64,000 nt of DNA from a virus. The translations under genes and the position numbers were made by a program. Below, piece by piece: positions 16,769-25,320 of this stretch. The stretch lies in IMG/VR virus record IMGVR_UViG_3300050821_006049; one strand, written 5' to 3'. The first letter of the stretch is position 1, and every line of letters begins with the position of its first letter. The notes below the pieces were generated by a model that saw nothing but the letters and a program-made list of their open reading frames with translations, ran no database searches and was not told where the DNA came from.

Positions 16769-17214
16769 ATCTGCTCGACTTGGATCTCGCCACCGGCGCT
16801 GTCGCCCCAGCCGATCGCGAGCCTTACCGCCTCGAAGGGAGTCGCCCCCGCTAGCATCGCTCCCATTAGGAAGTCCCCGTGCGCGCCGGCGACATAGTAT
16901 CTGGCATGGTGCGCGCGGTAAGGCCGGAAATCGTACTCGACCAAAAACACATCGTCACACAACGGCCCGATCAGCAGGCCGCCAAAATCATCCTTGTCAA
17001 CAGCCGCCGGCTTGGTTTCGGACAGGCCACCGCTCTCCAGCCACTTGGCACAATACTCGATATCGCAGGACCGCCCCCAGGCCGCGAACAACCGGCCGTC
17101 GCCAAGGCGATAAATCTTCTTCACAAAGCCGTGGATGATCTGGCTGTTCGACTTCCACACGGCCGAGTCGGCCGCTAGCTCGCCATGCTCGACCGAGTAG
17201 GCTATGACTGTCAT
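16765..17214 (-). CDS. HslV/proteasome-beta-like Ntn-hydrolase peptidase
   Basis: 149 aa. Begins MT-VIAY, giving Thr2 as a candidate N-terminal nucleophile. 'GFVKKIYRL' compares with HslV 'GNVKKVRRL', and 'YVAGAHGDF' sits at the G-S-G loop position. Colinear with HslV as I recall it. Its stop shares a palindromic CTAG with the convergent KTSC gene. Confidence 0.65.
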   Translation of the reverse strand: MTVIAYSVEHGELAADSAVWKSNSQIIHGFVKKIYRLGDGRLFAAWGRSCDIEYCAKWLESGGLSETKPAAVDKDDFGGLLIGPLCDDVFLVEYDFRPYRAHHARYYVAGAHGDFLMGAMLAGATPFEAVRLAIGWGDSAGGEIQVEQI

Positions 17215-17510
17215 TTGGCGCTCGGCCGCGAGGCCGCCGCTGACATTACAGTGGCCCTTGACCTCGGCAGTACATTTAGGGGCGGCTGCTTTCGGAACTC
17301 ATTCTGCTCGGACCAACGCCACCACTCCCACCAGCGCGGCCGCGTGTAACCGAAGCGAAGAGCGCTCTCTAACGCGGCCTGAAATGCCGACTCCGGGCTA
17401 TCGTGCCCCTTGCTAGTCACGACTAGTGTTCCGCCTGGCCGGTCGTGCCACGTAAAGATCCAACCCCAGGTCGGTTTTCCCCATATATCGGAATGGTCCG
17501 AAACCATCAT
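17211..17510 (-). CDS. Trp-rich hypothetical protein (99 aa)
   Basis: ORF between the portal and the peptidase, with an ATGA overlap downstream. 'GYTRPRWWEWWRW' motif. Confidence 0.45.
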   Translation of the reverse strand: MMVSDHSDIWGKPTWGWIFTWHDRPGGTLVVTSKGHDSPESAFQAALESALRFGYTRPRWWEWWRWSEQNEFRKQPPLNVLPRSRATVMSAAASRPSAK

Positions 17511-17514
17511 CCAT

Positions 17515-19209
17515 CTACCCCCTGTGATGCGCCGGCGCTCGGCCGGTCATAGCCTCGACCCGCTCTTGCGGCGGCAGGCTGGAAAGGAATTTCTGTTTCG
17601 CCGCTTCGCGGGCCTGGAGCTTTTCCTTGAGCATGTCGCGGTTCGGCACCGGCAACAGGTCCAGCAGATCCTCGCCGTCGATCGCCCCGGCCTTGAACAA
17701 GAATGCCGCCGTGGTGGCGTGATCCTGCTCATAGATCGGCGACGACGAATGCGAATCGACCAGCACGCGCGCGTCCGGCGGGAGCTGCGATAGATAAAAG
17801 TCGGTCTTGTGCTCAGGGTCTTCGTAGTTGGTCCAGTGCGCGCGGGCGTCCTTGGCCGCCATCAGCCACATCATTTTCTCGGCGAATTGGGCGACTTGCT
17901 CCTCGGCCCGCAGCGCCCGGTCGCGCAACCGCGGCGAGGCGGTACGGACGAGACCCTGAAAATGCGATCCCGCCCTCACCCCCGGCTCGCCCTTGCCCGA
18001 CAGCACATTGTCGAAACCGGCGATCGAATCGAAAAACCCGTCAATCACCTTGATTTCGTCGAAGGCATGGGCCGGCAGTTCCGGCGTCAGGTCTTCGACC
18101 TTGGCGCCGGGCATGGCTTCGGCAATCCAGCCATCGTTCTTCAACTGATCATAGCGCTCGTCGTTCATCCCCGAGAACCCGACGAAGGCGCGGATGCGGT
18201 CGTATTGCAGCGACATGATCCGCTTCACATCCTCGATCCGATCGCGCAGCAGGCTTTGCAGCTTGATCAAATCGGCGAGTTCGGAGCGGCCCCAGACGTA
18301 GCCGGCTTGCGGGTTTGCCTGGACGATCTGATAGGGGTGGTCGTGCGGGATGAACATATTGTCGCGGATCATCCGCGGGGCCAGGATGATGTCGGGGTCG
18401 ACGATCTGGATCGTCGTGTAGTCGCCGGTCTCGTCGTTGACCACGTAGATTTCGTGCATCGTGATCAGGCCGGCGGCCACGTCCGGCGACAGCAGCGCCG
18501 AGGACGGAGCCGGGGAAAGCTGCACGAAGCCGCCAGAGCCAGTGGTTGGCTGATCGGGTGTCCCGATGATCGGCGCGGTGCCAGCGAGGATCACCTGATG
18601 GATGTAGGTGTCGCCCTCCTCCAGCGCCGAGCGGCGGCGGGCATAACCGCGGGCGCGCTTGAACAGTTCCTTGGCGTCCGAGCGGTGCGAGATGCGGCGC
18701 CATAGCTCTTGCTCGGTGATATAGGCGGTCTCGGTGATTGCCTCCTGCTGATCAAGGCCGTTCACATCCTCGCGGTAGACGCCCATGTTCCACGGCATCA
18801 CCAAACGCCCCACCGGGCCGTCGTGTCCCCAGATCAGCTTCAGGAAGCATGAGCCGTGCGGCAGGCACTCGAATACCGCCTGCCCGAACAGGTCGGCGAA
18901 GCCCCGGCGGGCAAACTCTCGGGTTAGAAAGCGGCCGGCGACCCGGCCGCGCTTGGTCCATTCGGGGCCGTAATCATTTTCGTACTCGACAAAGAGCCGC
19001 AGATCGGCCGGCGCGAACAAGTTGGACGCAAGCTTGTCGCAATGCACGATCAGCTTGTTGTAGATCGCCTGACTGCCGGAATCGTTGCCGGTGTAGAGCC
19101 ACATCTTCTGAGTGCGGGCCAGCGCCTGGCGGGCGGACGCCGAAACCCGGCACTGGTCGACCAGATCCTTGGTCCACTGCGGCAGCTTGGCGGGCGACGG
19201 GAGGATCAT
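17515..19209 (-). CDS. Portal protein
   Basis: 564-aa ORF downstream of the TerL block. Size and position are typical of a portal. Acidic/helical C-terminus. No search possible. Confidence 0.7.
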   Translation of the reverse strand: MILPSPAKLPQWTKDLVDQCRVSASARQALARTQKMWLYTGNDSGSQAIYNKLIVHCDKLASNLFAPADLRLFVEYENDYGPEWTKRGRVAGRFLTREFARRGFADLFGQAVFECLPHGSCFLKLIWGHDGPVGRLVMPWNMGVYREDVNGLDQQEAITETAYITEQELWRRISHRSDAKELFKRARGYARRRSALEEGDTYIHQVILAGTAPIIGTPDQPTTGSGGFVQLSPAPSSALLSPDVAAGLITMHEIYVVNDETGDYTTIQIVDPDIILAPRMIRDNMFIPHDHPYQIVQANPQAGYVWGRSELADLIKLQSLLRDRIEDVKRIMSLQYDRIRAFVGFSGMNDERYDQLKNDGWIAEAMPGAKVEDLTPELPAHAFDEIKVIDGFFDSIAGFDNVLSGKGEPGVRAGSHFQGLVRTASPRLRDRALRAEEQVAQFAEKMMWLMAAKDARAHWTNYEDPEHKTDFYLSQLPPDARVLVDSHSSSPIYEQDHATTAAFLFKAGAIDGEDLLDLLPVPNRDMLKEKLQAREAAKQKFLSSLPPQERVEAMTGRAPAHHRG

Positions 19210-19466
19210 GCGAGGCCGAGTTTCTTGCGGGCGGTGGCTTCCATGGTTCCGAAGTCCCTAGTGATTTCGCCGAGCCGCAGGATCGCCGCATCGTTCGGCC
19301 GCTCGGGAAACACATAGGCCGCAGCCATCAGCCCGTAGCGGACAAAGGAGGTGAACGACACGCCGTCAGCGCGAGGTTTATGAAGCACCCCGCGCAATTC
19401 ACCGACTGCCACCACATCGCCTTCCGGCAATCCAATCACATGCGCGTCGGGGGGATGGAAAATCAC
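19206..19466 (-). CDS. Hypothetical protein (86 aa)
   Basis: ORF with ATGA overlaps at both ends. Confidence 0.45.
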   Translation of the reverse strand: MIFHPPDAHVIGLPEGDVVAVGELRGVLHKPRADGVSFTSFVRYGLMAAAYVFPERPNDAAILRLGEITRDFGTMEATARKKLGLA

Positions 19467-19681
19467 CGCCGCCTCGGCTGCGCCGGCAAGGCGTGATTGA
19501 CCTCGACATAGGCAGCGTGCGGCGGATCACCTTCAAGGACGATCGTGGCACCGGCAGGCGGCTTCGGCCAATAAACCCCCGGCAGTTTCGGCGACCAGAA
19601 TTGCGGCTCGCCGGACCCGCCGACTTGGGCGGCCAATTGCTGCAATGCGGCGGGGGGTAATTGCTGCAAGATCCGCTTCAT
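19463..19681 (-). CDS. Hypothetical protein (72 aa)
   Basis: Start moved to ATG 19679-19681 (MKRILQQLPPAALQQL…), forming an ATGA overlap with the upstream stop. The upstream part of ORF 19463-19855 is Arg/Gly-rich shadow. Confidence 0.4.
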   Translation of the reverse strand: MKRILQQLPPAALQQLAAQVGGSGEPQFWSPKLPGVYWPKPPAGATIVLEGDPPHAAYVEVNHALPAQPRRR

Positions 19682-20226
19682 CACCCCCTCACATACGGCT
19701 TCGCCATCGGGTGCGCCACGTTGTTCTGCACTTCGCCCTGATGCTTGGGCTGAATAGCGCTGAGCGCGATATGCCCCGGCCCGGTAAAGCTGGCTCCGGC
19801 CGCCGGCCCCGGCATGGCCGGGGCCACCCGCGCTCCTGCCATGCCGCCGCCCCATCCCATGTAATTGACCCCGATATTGTTCTTGGCTTCCTGCGCGAAA
19901 TTGGTCACCACATTCATCGGCACCTTGGCCGCGACATCGCCCTCCCGCTGGCGATCGTTCATGTCGGTGATTTTCAGGTAAGGCGCGTCAAGCGCTTGGG
20001 CTCGGGCAGCAGAAGATTCCTCCAGCGCCCGGTAGGTTCCGTCCGTCGCGCGAGCGATGGCCGAGCCGCCGATCGCGACTTTCGCCGGAACCGGCTCCAG
20101 CTCTTCGTCACCAAAGTCGACGCCGCAATTCACACAAAAGCGCGGCGGGCCGTCGCCGCGCTCCTGCAACAGCTCGAACCGCCGGTCGCAATCAGGACAT
20201 AAGTAAGTTCTGAAAACTAGCGCCAC
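19681..20226 (-). CDS. Zinc-ribbon protein (about 181 aa)
   Basis: 'YLCPDCDRRFE…PRFCVNCG' is a CxxC…CxxC ribbon. GTG 20224-20226 lies 1 nt after the TerL stop. The alternative ATG 20268 would overlap TerL by 41 nt. Confidence 0.5.
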   Translation of the reverse strand: MALVFRTYLCPDCDRRFELLQERGDGPPRFCVNCGVDFGDEELEPVPAKVAIGGSAIARATDGTYRALEESSAARAQALDAPYLKITDMNDRQREGDVAAKVPMNVVTNFAQEAKNNIGVNYMGWGGGMAGARVAPAMPGPAAGASFTGPGHIALSAIQPKHQGEVQNNVAHPMAKPYVRG

Positions 20227-20227
20227 G

Positions 20228-22141
20228 TCACCACGCCCACCGTCCTTGCCGGCGAGCGCGGCGCGCATCGTCCCTGCGCTGGCGCTCCGCCATGCGGAAA
20301 TGGTTCTGCATCACATATGTCATATAATCCGGCCCGGCGCCATGCTCGTCCTCGGCATCGCGGGCGGTCTCGATGGCAAAAGTCCGGCCCGAAGCCTCCA
20401 ACTCGGCCCGCTCGAAATCGATCCACACCCGAGTCCCAAGCGCCAACGCCACCGCGCGATCGTCCTTGGCGTTGCCGTCGGCCTCGATCTGCATCCCCTT
20501 GCGCACCAGCTTTTTCATCTCGGCCAGCGCCGGAACCGAGTTCACCACGAGGTTGCCCATCATGTAGTGATCGCCCATAGAGTTCATAAGTACCGGCTTA
20601 TTGAACGCTGTAGTTTTCCATTGTATGCTCCACGAGCCTGATATAGCGTCCGGCCTGTGAAACAGATACTGGCTGACATTGGCGAGCGGCGAGGGAGGGC
20701 GGCGACCGTCCTGAGGGTCGTCCGCCTCATCGTCTTGGCGAGGCGCGACAAGCTTGCCGGTGTCCAGTAAGGTCTTGAGGTGGCGGAACTCGGTCATCAC
20801 CGCTTCGCCGGGACCGTTGATCTCCAGGATATAGCGGCAATTGCCATACCAGCCGCAGAGGTCGGCGAGAACCCAGGTAAACTGGAACGGCTGCATGTTG
20901 CGCACCGCGAACTCGGCGACTTGGACTAGCCGGTCGGCGTAGAGGCGGACGACTTGCAGGCAGAAACGGTCGGCGGTGTCGCTCGACGCATAGGCAGGAT
21001 CGGCGGCGACGACGTAGCGCCCGTTGGGGTGGGGCGGCTGCCACACCTTCAGTTGGGCGAGCCTGGCCACATCGACCTGATGCCGCCGCAACGCCAGGAA
21101 ATTGTCCCCGAAATAGTAAGTGTACGCCTTGAACAGTTGCTCCTGCGCCACCTTCATCGACTGATCAAGGGTCCGTCCCGGCAGAAAAGGCGAGCCCGAC
21201 ATGCGGAAGGCTTCTTCGGCATAAGACGGAAACTCGACCTCGATAATCTCGCCCTTACCCTCGTCGATCTCGCCGCTATCGGCGCGGCGTTGCGGGTCTT
21301 TGCGGTGACGATACCATGCCCACTGCTCCAAGGTGATCGTCCAGTCATAGGTTTCCTTGACGATCTTCGCGGTCTCGACCTCATCATCAGACAGGCGGTC
21401 GTAGCCGTAACGCTGGAACAGCGGCGTGCCCTTTGGGATCAGGTACTCGTCATGCTGCCACCAGCCGATAAACACCGCCCGCTTGGTCAGGTCGTCGGAG
21501 ATGGAATCCTGCCACGCATTCTCAAAAAGGTTATAGCCATGCGCCGTAGACTCGACGACGTAGAGCCGCCACGGATAGGTGTCCGACAGCGAGGACATCA
21601 GCGATTCCCAGCCCTCGACATCGCCATATTGCGCGGTCTCGGTCGAGTGCATGAAGTTCAGCGCTCGCGACCGGCCCAGCGCGCCCTTGCGCTTCTGGGT
21701 GCCGGCCACAAGGTAGTCGATCATCGAACCATTCTCGAACACCAGACCGTTGCGGTTGTGCTTGCGGATCGGCAGCGGATGCGATTTCGGCAGATAATCG
21801 AGGATCTCGGTGACCAACAGCCGCAGCTTCTCCTTGTTGGGGTCGTTGTCGGTGACTAAGGCGCCTTGCAGCCCCGGATAGAGGGCGCACCAGAACAGGT
21901 CGAGCAACAGGGTTAGAGTGGTGATCCCGAGCTGCCGGGCCTTTAGGATCACAAACCAGTGAATGCCGTTGGCAAGCCCATCGAAAATCTGGTCGAGCGC
22001 GTAACGCTGCGCTCGATAGGGGTCGATGATAGTCGGACCCGAGTTCTTAGAGACGATGGTGACGTGTTTTAGGAAGTCGTAGAAGGCTTCCTCGAAGGCG
22101 TCGCGGTGGAACCGGGTCGTCGACGGGACTACTGCGGACAT
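20228..22141 (-). CDS. terL: Terminase large subunit
   Basis: 637 aa. N-terminal ATPase has a Walker-A-like 'ILKARQLGITTLT' and a 'GALVTDND' Walker-B-like segment. The C-terminal nuclease half has an acidic 'YVVAADPAYASSD'. Overall layout is typical of TerL. Confidence 0.88.
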   Translation of the reverse strand: MSAVVPSTTRFHRDAFEEAFYDFLKHVTIVSKNSGPTIIDPYRAQRYALDQIFDGLANGIHWFVILKARQLGITTLTLLLDLFWCALYPGLQGALVTDNDPNKEKLRLLVTEILDYLPKSHPLPIRKHNRNGLVFENGSMIDYLVAGTQKRKGALGRSRALNFMHSTETAQYGDVEGWESLMSSLSDTYPWRLYVVESTAHGYNLFENAWQDSISDDLTKRAVFIGWWQHDEYLIPKGTPLFQRYGYDRLSDDEVETAKIVKETYDWTITLEQWAWYRHRKDPQRRADSGEIDEGKGEIIEVEFPSYAEEAFRMSGSPFLPGRTLDQSMKVAQEQLFKAYTYYFGDNFLALRRHQVDVARLAQLKVWQPPHPNGRYVVAADPAYASSDTADRFCLQVVRLYADRLVQVAEFAVRNMQPFQFTWVLADLCGWYGNCRYILEINGPGEAVMTEFRHLKTLLDTGKLVAPRQDDEADDPQDGRRPPSPLANVSQYLFHRPDAISGSWSIQWKTTAFNKPVLMNSMGDHYMMGNLVVNSVPALAEMKKLVRKGMQIEADGNAKDDRAVALALGTRVWIDFERAELEASGRTFAIETARDAEDEHGAGPDYMTYVMQNHFRMAERQRRDDARRARRQGRWAW

Positions 22142-22431
22142 TAGCGGAGAAAGGTCCAGAAACGGTTTCGTGACCCCGGCGGTCCCGAATTAGGGCGGAA
22201 GCGCCGGATAATGCGGCGACGAGGCACGTTCAAATGCCTCCAGGACGCCGTTCTGCGGCTTGCCGACCAGCCAGGCACAGCCGTCCTAAGCATCCTACGC
22301 AATTCCCACGGATTGCTCGCGGCGCTCTCGATCAGCGAGCAATAATCATCCACCCCCACCACCATGAATTCCGGGGCCTCACCGCCCGCATGTTCCGTTA
22401 TCGACCGCAGCAGACCGGACATCTCGCCCAT
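22141..22431 (-). CDS. Hypothetical protein upstream of TerL (96 aa; small-terminase position, unverified)
   Basis: Stop overlaps the TerL ATG (TAATG). The N-terminal half looks ordinary and the C-terminal half is very Arg-rich (…RRTASWRHLNVPRRRIIRRFRP…). Confidence 0.4.
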   Translation of the reverse strand: MGEMSGLLRSITEHAGGEAPEFMVVGVDDYCSLIESAASNPWELRRMLRTAVPGWSASRRTASWRHLNVPRRRIIRRFRPNSGPPGSRNRFWTFLR

Positions 22432-23057
22432 CAGCGCAAGCCCAAATTCCAGGTCTGCAATCCGAGCGGCGCAAACCCCTGCGGCCCCAAAGGGGCGTCG
22501 GTACGGTACTCATACCCCTCCAACATCGCGGCAGCCTTGTCCAGCGTCGCCGCCTGGCCTTCGATCGCCGCCAGTTGCCGGCGGGCGTCAGATAGCCGGG
22601 CGCGCATGATGGCGCCGACGCGGTCGGGCTTGCCCTTCGGTGCCCTGAAACGCGCGGCCACGGCTTCGTATTTCTCGACGATTACCCGGATCTGCCCGCA
22701 CTTGGCATCAAGTGCGCCACGCTGTTTGGCGATGTCCAGTCGTGCCAGGGCCAGTACATTCACCCGCGACAGGTCTTGCATCGCCGCCTGGATCGCGGCA
22801 TCGAGCGCTCGAGCCAGTATGTCGAGCACTGCCGCCAATTCCCTGTCGGCGTTCGCCGCGCCCTCATCTCCGGTTTCGTCGTAGCGGCGGCGGCGGTCGG
22901 GGTCGGCCAGCACCGCTTTGGCGTGCGCCAGCCGCTCGAACTCGGCGCGGTCACCACCATGATCGGGATGCGCCTTCTTCGCCCGCCGGCGATAGGCTCG
23001 GCCGATCTCTGCGGCGGTGGCGGACGGCGCAACACCAAGTTCGTCATACAAGGTCAT
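22431..23057 (-). CDS. J-domain (DnaJ-like) protein with coiled-coil C-terminus
   Basis: Start at ATG 23055-23057. 'LYDELGVAPSATAAEIGRAYRRRAKKAHPDHGGDRAEFERLAHAKAVLADPDRRRRYDETG' contains the HPD tripeptide and J-domain helices. Confidence 0.85.
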   Translation of the reverse strand: MTLYDELGVAPSATAAEIGRAYRRRAKKAHPDHGGDRAEFERLAHAKAVLADPDRRRRYDETGDEGAANADRELAAVLDILARALDAAIQAAMQDLSRVNVLALARLDIAKQRGALDAKCGQIRVIVEKYEAVAARFRAPKGKPDRVGAIMRARLSDARRQLAAIEGQAATLDKAAAMLEGYEYRTDAPLGPQGFAPLGLQTWNLGLR

Positions 23058-23308
23058 GAACCTGTGATCTTTTCCGAAAACAATTCGGCGGGAAGGCGAA
23101 GACACATCCAGCCGTCACTGTTGGTCCTGATTGCCCCCGGCTCAGCCAATATCTCGATGAAGCCGCTTCCGTCTGGCTCGAACTCTATCCGATAGGATAT
23201 TAGCAAATTATATGGCGGATGATCACCCACCGAAGGAGCCCAACTGATCTCCCCATGGGAGATTGGGACCACCACTTTCATTGGCCTCTCCTTCTCGGTA
23301 TCCATCAT
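23054..23308 (-). CDS. Hypothetical protein (84 aa)
   Basis: ORF with ATGA overlaps at both ends. No family recognised. Confidence 0.45.
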   Translation of the reverse strand: MMDTEKERPMKVVVPISHGEISWAPSVGDHPPYNLLISYRIEFEPDGSGFIEILAEPGAIRTNSDGWMCLRLPAELFSEKITGS

Positions 23309-23439
23309 AAAACCCTACTACAGAGATATCCCGCGGTCACCGCCGCCAGCATGCCCGTAACCGGCAGGTGCAGCGGGAACGACAGCACAGCCTCGATGCA
23401 GATCACGAGGAAGACGGCGCGGGCCGCCCGGTCATTCAT
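23305..23439 (-). CDS. Small hydrophobic peptide (44 aa), possibly a detached C-terminal helix of the Wzy-like protein
   Basis: My translation is MNDRAARAVFLVICIEAVLSFPLHLPVTGMLAAVTAGYLCSRVL. ATGA overlaps at both ends. Below the ORF-track cutoff. Confidence 0.3.
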   Translation of the reverse strand: MNDRAARAVFLVICIEAVLSFPLHLPVTGMLAAVTAGYLCSRVL

Positions 23440-24326
23440 TGCTTCCTCCGCCAGATCAGCACCGGGATTGCCAGCAACGGCAGCGCGCCGATGCCCAACT
23501 CGTAAGCTGCCTGCAAGGAGTCGCTATGGGCATACACCAGCACCGGGTTGCGCGCCGCGAACGAGCCGATGCCATGGCCAAACGGAGTGATGGCGGTAAG
23601 GGTATCGGCCCACAGCACGATGCGGAACAGCGCATCGGCCGCTTTCTCCCGGCCCATCAACAGCAAGAGCCCGAGGCCGGCCACAAGGGTAGCAGCCATC
23701 CCCATTAGCCGCCAGCGCCACCGCATAGGCAAGCCGTAAAGGAGCCCGACAGCAGCGGCGAACAACGCGACCCGCGAACCGCACAGCAGGAGCGGAATCA
23801 ACAATACCGCCGTCATCGTATACCGATGCTGAAGGATCGCCCACACCAGCACGGGGGCCACGGTTTCCGCCAGCACGTCTCGGTTATAGAATAGCCCTGC
23901 CGGCGGGGCACTCTGCGGGATGCCGGACCAGCCCAAAGCTTGCGGAACGCACAGCAGCGCCGAAACCATCAAACCAACCGCGAAGAAGGCCATGACGAGG
24001 TCGAACGACCGTGCCCCTACGATGCCGGCCCCGGCCACGAACGCCACCGCCAAAATCCCCATCTGAGAGAGTTGCTGCAACGCACCAAGCCGGTCGGGAG
24101 CCCATGCGATCGACATCGCCGCGTAGATCAGCCCAGCCACCAGATATACCCAGGCTCGACCGCAGCGCCAGGCGGCCCAAGAAGACACCACCGTCAGCGG
24201 CAATCCAACCGCCAGAACCAACCAACGCGGCATTATCATACCACCCGCCGGGAACCACGCCACCGTGACCAAGAATGCTACCGCGCCCAAACCTAAACCG
24301 TGATCGTCGCATCGACGATCATCCAC
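23436..24326 (-). CDS. O-antigen ligase/polymerase-like (Wzy_C-type) polytopic membrane protein
   Basis: Multiple hydrophobic helices. 'GLFYNRDVLAE', 'LCGSRVALFAAAVGLL' and 'GHGIGSFAARNPVLVYAHSDSLQAAYELGIGA' follow the Wzy_C/O-antigen-ligase pattern (G.f.N.N, SR.a, G.G.gsf….aHn..Lq…E.G). The start is uncertain: GTG 24326 chosen, ATG 24239 or the ORF-track start 24476 are also possible. Confidence 0.65.
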   Translation of the reverse strand: MDDRRCDDHGLGLGAVAFLVTVAWFPAGGMIMPRWLVLAVGLPLTVVSSWAAWRCGRAWVYLVAGLIYAAMSIAWAPDRLGALQQLSQMGILAVAFVAGAGIVGARSFDLVMAFFAVGLMVSALLCVPQALGWSGIPQSAPPAGLFYNRDVLAETVAPVLVWAILQHRYTMTAVLLIPLLLCGSRVALFAAAVGLLYGLPMRWRWRLMGMAATLVAGLGLLLLMGREKAADALFRIVLWADTLTAITPFGHGIGSFAARNPVLVYAHSDSLQAAYELGIGALPLLAIPVLIWRRKQ

Positions 24327-24402
24327 GCCATGATCGGGGGCCGACGGCCCAGCCAGTCGCGAGGCCCCAGCAAACGCCAGCGCCTTGGCTACGAATGCCA
24401 GA

Positions 24403-24666
24403 TCATCCCAGCGGGAGATGCAGCGCGTTCCCAAGCCAGCACAGCGCCTCCGCGCCGAGCAGTGCCGAGGCCACAATGATCAATAGACTCAGAGCCCGAT
24501 CAACCCGCCGTACCACCGTCCAGCGATCCAGGCCAGCCAGCTTATATCGGATAACCGGGAAGCGGCACATGAACTCCCGGCTAAGCGCCTCATGATCAAT
24601 TATGCCCTGAACGGGGCGAGCAAGAAGGGGGGTGTTCGGCTCAGCCCGGTCGACCCCCTTGGTCAT
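24403..24666 (-). CDS. Hypothetical protein with C-terminal TM helix (87 aa)
   Basis: Last 87 codons of ORF 24403-25170, starting at ATG 24664-24666 (ATGA overlap with the PEP-CTERM gene stop): MTKGVDRAEPNTPLL…ALSLLIIVASALLGAEALCWLG. Confidence 0.35.
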   Translation of the reverse strand: MTKGVDRAEPNTPLLARPVQGIIDHEALSREFMCRFPVIRYKLAGLDRWTVVRRVDRALSLLIIVASALLGAEALCWLGNALHLPLG

Positions 24667-25310
24667 GGGCCACCGAGGCCGACGGAGCTGCCGCGCCGGT
24701 TGCGATTCAGCCAGCCCCACAGCGCCAGCAAGCCGAAGGCGAGCAAGCCGAGAGTTTGCGGCTCGGGCAGCGGCGCGCCCAGATCCACGATCTCGCCCGA
24801 GGACCACGTCAGACCAGCATCGGTGTCCCAATTTTCCAGGGTCAGCGCCGTCGTCTCGGCAATCATGTCGAGTTCGGCGAGGCCCGAGGTGTTGTACGAC
24901 CCGAGAAAGTCTGCGTCGCCGGTCGCGACGTACTTGAATTCGCCGACGATGTGCGGGTTGGTAGAGCCGTTGTTGAGATTGGTCCAGTCGACCGTACCGC
25001 TGATGTGATCGCCATCGCCAAATAGGATGCTCAGCGTCTCGCCCGGCATGGTCTGAGAAATTACCGGGAAGACCCCGCCCGCCCCCGGCCCGGTCGCCAG
25101 CGCCTCGGGGCCGAACGAGGCGACCCCGACATCGCTTTGGAACAGCGCCGACTCGTGATATGGCGCGCACGACATCGCCAAGGGATGACTGCTCCCCGTC
25201 CCGGCGAGGTCGCAGGCGGCGACCGGGCTGTTGCCCAAAGTAATCTGGTCGGCATGGGCCGAGGTGATGGTCAGCGCCGCAAAGCCTGCGGCCAGGATCA
25301 TTTCGCGCAT
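24663..25310 (-). CDS. Secreted PEP-CTERM-domain protein
   Basis: Signal peptide MREMILAAGFAALTITSAHA|DQ. The C-terminus 'PLPEPQTLGLLAFGLLALWGWLNRNRR' has P-E-P, a TM helix and a basic cluster, which is the PEP-CTERM sorting signal. Confidence 0.8.
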   Translation of the reverse strand: MREMILAAGFAALTITSAHADQITLGNSPVAACDLAGTGSSHPLAMSCAPYHESALFQSDVGVASFGPEALATGPGAGGVFPVISQTMPGETLSILFGDGDHISGTVDWTNLNNGSTNPHIVGEFKYVATGDADFLGSYNTSGLAELDMIAETTALTLENWDTDAGLTWSSGEIVDLGAPLPEPQTLGLLAFGLLALWGWLNRNRRGSSVGLGGP

Positions 25311-25320
25311 GTCGGTTCCC

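Noticed and set aside
22141-22431. Possible programmed frameshift in the 96-aa gene upstream of TerL (an alternative frame reads DGCAWLVGKPQNGVLEAFERASSPHYPALPP)
   Set aside because: There is no slippery heptamer. Third-position GC does not discriminate between the frames. The annotated frame ends in a TAATG overlap with TerL, like other junctions in the operon. It is kept as a single ORF at low confidence.
23436-24476. Idea that the polytopic membrane protein next to the PEP-CTERM gene is an exosortase
   Set aside because: Its motifs (G.FYNR, SRVA, GHGIGSF…AHSDSLQ…ELG) follow the Wzy_C/O-antigen-ligase pattern. I could not see the exosortase Cys/Arg/His signature.
24403-25170. 255-aa minus-strand ORF overlapping the PEP-CTERM gene
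   Set aside because: The upstream 168 codons are Arg-rich and out of frame with the well-supported PEP-CTERM gene. Only the last 87 codons (from ATG 24666, ATGA-coupled) were kept, at low confidence.
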